A DNA stretch of 32,000 nucleotides from Nitrosotalea sp. (GTDB lineage: Archaea > Thermoproteota > Nitrososphaeria > Nitrososphaerales > Nitrosopumilaceae). How positions within the stretch are numbered: position 1 is the stretch's first letter; the number at the start of each line of letters is the position of its first letter. Below, in pieces: positions 31,028 to 32,000 of this stretch. A program made the position numbers and the translations under genes. The notes beneath the pieces were generated by a model that saw nothing but the letters and a program-made list of their open reading frames with translations, was not told the origin of the DNA and searched no databases. The stretch covers positions 11,965-43,964 of the forward strand of contig JBOGQX010000052.1 in the NCBI GenBank assembly GCA_050749285.1, in the 5' to 3' direction.

Positions 31028-32000
31028 CTATTCTTCTCTTCTATCAATTATATCGTTCACTTCAGGACCAGTCCCAATCAAAGTAACGTGGATCTTCAGT
31101 TGGTCTTCTATATTTTTGACAAAATACTTTGCCGGAGAGCTAAGATCTGAAAATGATTGCATGTGTGCACATTCTGGATAAACTACGTCTAGTTTTGTGA
31201 TAGCAATCTGTGAAGCACTGTTTAGCATTATTGCTCTTCTAGCAAGTTCAAAATCAAATTCAGCTGCTCTTCTTTGTCTGCCGGTTACAGTTCCTACTTC
31301 TTGCCATCCTTTTGCTACAGCTTGTTGTGCAGTGATTTCATTTTTTAGTGGCCCTTCCCCAACTCTTGTGACAAAAGACTTGAAAACAACAACTATATCA
31401 TCTACGTTCTTTGGACCAATACCCACATCTGCACAAATTCCTGAGGCAGTAACATCCTTGGACGTTACATATGGATAAGTGCCATGCCAGAGTGAGAGGA
31501 AGGTACCTTGTGTTCCCTCTACCAAAACTTTCTCTTTACGTTCCAGTGCAAAATTTACAGCATTAGGAATGTCATCTAAATATAGTGCGAGTGATTCAAT
31601 GTCTTTAGCAAGCTTGAGTGTTCTCATAGCTCTATCAGCATTAGCAGGTCCAGTACCTGTACCCGTGCTACCAATAGATTCTTTTAATCGTCCCTGAGAA
31701 TCAGCAATCTTGTGAGATTCTTCTATTACGCCGCAGTTATAATCAACAAAAGATCTATCCCCTACTCCAAACTCAGATATTTCTTTAAGCAATACATCTG
31801 GACTCACCACGACACCAGGTCCTACAAGTAGTCTTGTACTAGGATTCAAAAAGGCACTAGGCAACATCCTTACTTTGTACTTTTTGTCATTGTATTCTAT
31901 TGTATGACCTGCATTAGGTCCAACACCACCTCTAACAGCTATTACAGGATTGTCTTTTACAGCAAGATAGGAAACAATCTTTCCTTTCCCTTCATCGCCG
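31028..32000 (-). CDS. purA: Adenylosuccinate synthetase (short archaeal form); N-terminus lies beyond the right edge.
   Basis: The frame stays open upstream of the Met at 31867 to nt 31999, encoding GDEGKGKIVSYLAVKDNPVIAVRGGVGPNAGHTI (P-loop and GxNAGHT). Later motifs: IGSTGTGTGPA, VEGTQGT, GTVTGRQRR. Confidence 0.9.
   Translation of the reverse strand, partial: GDEGKGKIVSYLAVKDNPVIAVRGGVGPNAGHTIEYNDKKYKVRMLPSAFLNPSTRLLVGPGVVVSPDVLLKEISEFGVGDRSFVDYNCGVIEESHKIADSQGRLKESIGSTGTGTGPANADRAMRTLKLAKDIESLALYLDDIPNAVNFALERKEKVLVEGTQGTFLSLWHGTYPYVTSKDVTASGICADVGIGPKNVDDIVVVFKSFVTRVGEGPLKNEITAQQAVAKGWQEVGTVTGRQRRAAEFDFELARRAIMLNSASQIAITKLDVVYPECAHMQSFSDLSSPAKYFVKNIEDQLKIHVTLIGTGPEVNDIIDRREE

Noticed and set aside
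17160-31697. Remaining short overlapping ORFs: 17160..17426, 17401..17634, 17700..18014, 18266..18532, 19136..19318, 19718..19963, 21017..21208, 21415..21718, 22905..23174, 24289..24657, 24758..24979, 25782..26108, 26541..26732, 27173..27559, 27405..27617, 27683..28318, 29277..29480, 29880..30107 and 31197..31697.
   Set aside because: Each is embedded in, or antisense to, a gene with clear family motifs. None has a recognisable domain.
1-32000. CRISPR arrays, rRNA genes and tRNA genes.
   Set aside because: I saw no regularly spaced direct repeats with unique spacers. There are no long GC-rich rRNA-like stretches. No intergenic segment has a tRNA cloverleaf or T-loop consensus. Apart from the 2647-3196 spacer, no intergenic region exceeds about 260 bp, and all are AT-rich.

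Overview
AT-rich archaeal chromosomal segment, roughly one-third G+C by eye. The gene set includes topoisomerase VI A/B, Nop56/58 with fibrillarin, aIF-1A, aIF-2 beta, eS30, Trm1, an RPC34/TFE-beta-like protein, DUF373, DUF424 and DUF5679. Together with the composition, this resembles a marine ammonia-oxidising thaumarchaeon (Nitrosopumilus-like). That placement is an inference from gene content only. Most of the window (about 3.9-12.7 kb and 17.7-32 kb) is tightly packed housekeeping DNA: pyrimidine genes pyrK/pyrD/pyrF, purA, apt, mtnP, ubiX, uppS, rnhB, rlmE, trm1 and translation factors. Many gene pairs overlap by a few nt. Three stretches look accessory. (i) nt 1-3900 holds an HNH nuclease tail, a small protein with a HEPN-type RNxxxH motif, and an intact IS6-family transposase with an unexplained in-frame SWIM-like motif upstream. 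It also holds an orphan AbrB/MazE-like gene preceded by four phased 10-bp repeats, a 66% G+C structured island in an ORF-free 550-bp spacer full of palindromes, and a truncated second IS6 copy. (ii) nt 12.7-17.7 kb holds a stand-alone OLD-family (ABC ATPase + TOPRIM-like) protein between two predicted surface proteins. (iii) nt 19.0-20.1 kb is a tightly packed three-gene operon (HTH regulator, Zn-ribbon protein, unknown protein). I found no rRNA, tRNA or CRISPR array. Three short genes are absent from the ORF track: eS30 with a GTG start and two zinc-ribbon miniproteins. uppS has no canonical start codon upstream of its catalytic motif.
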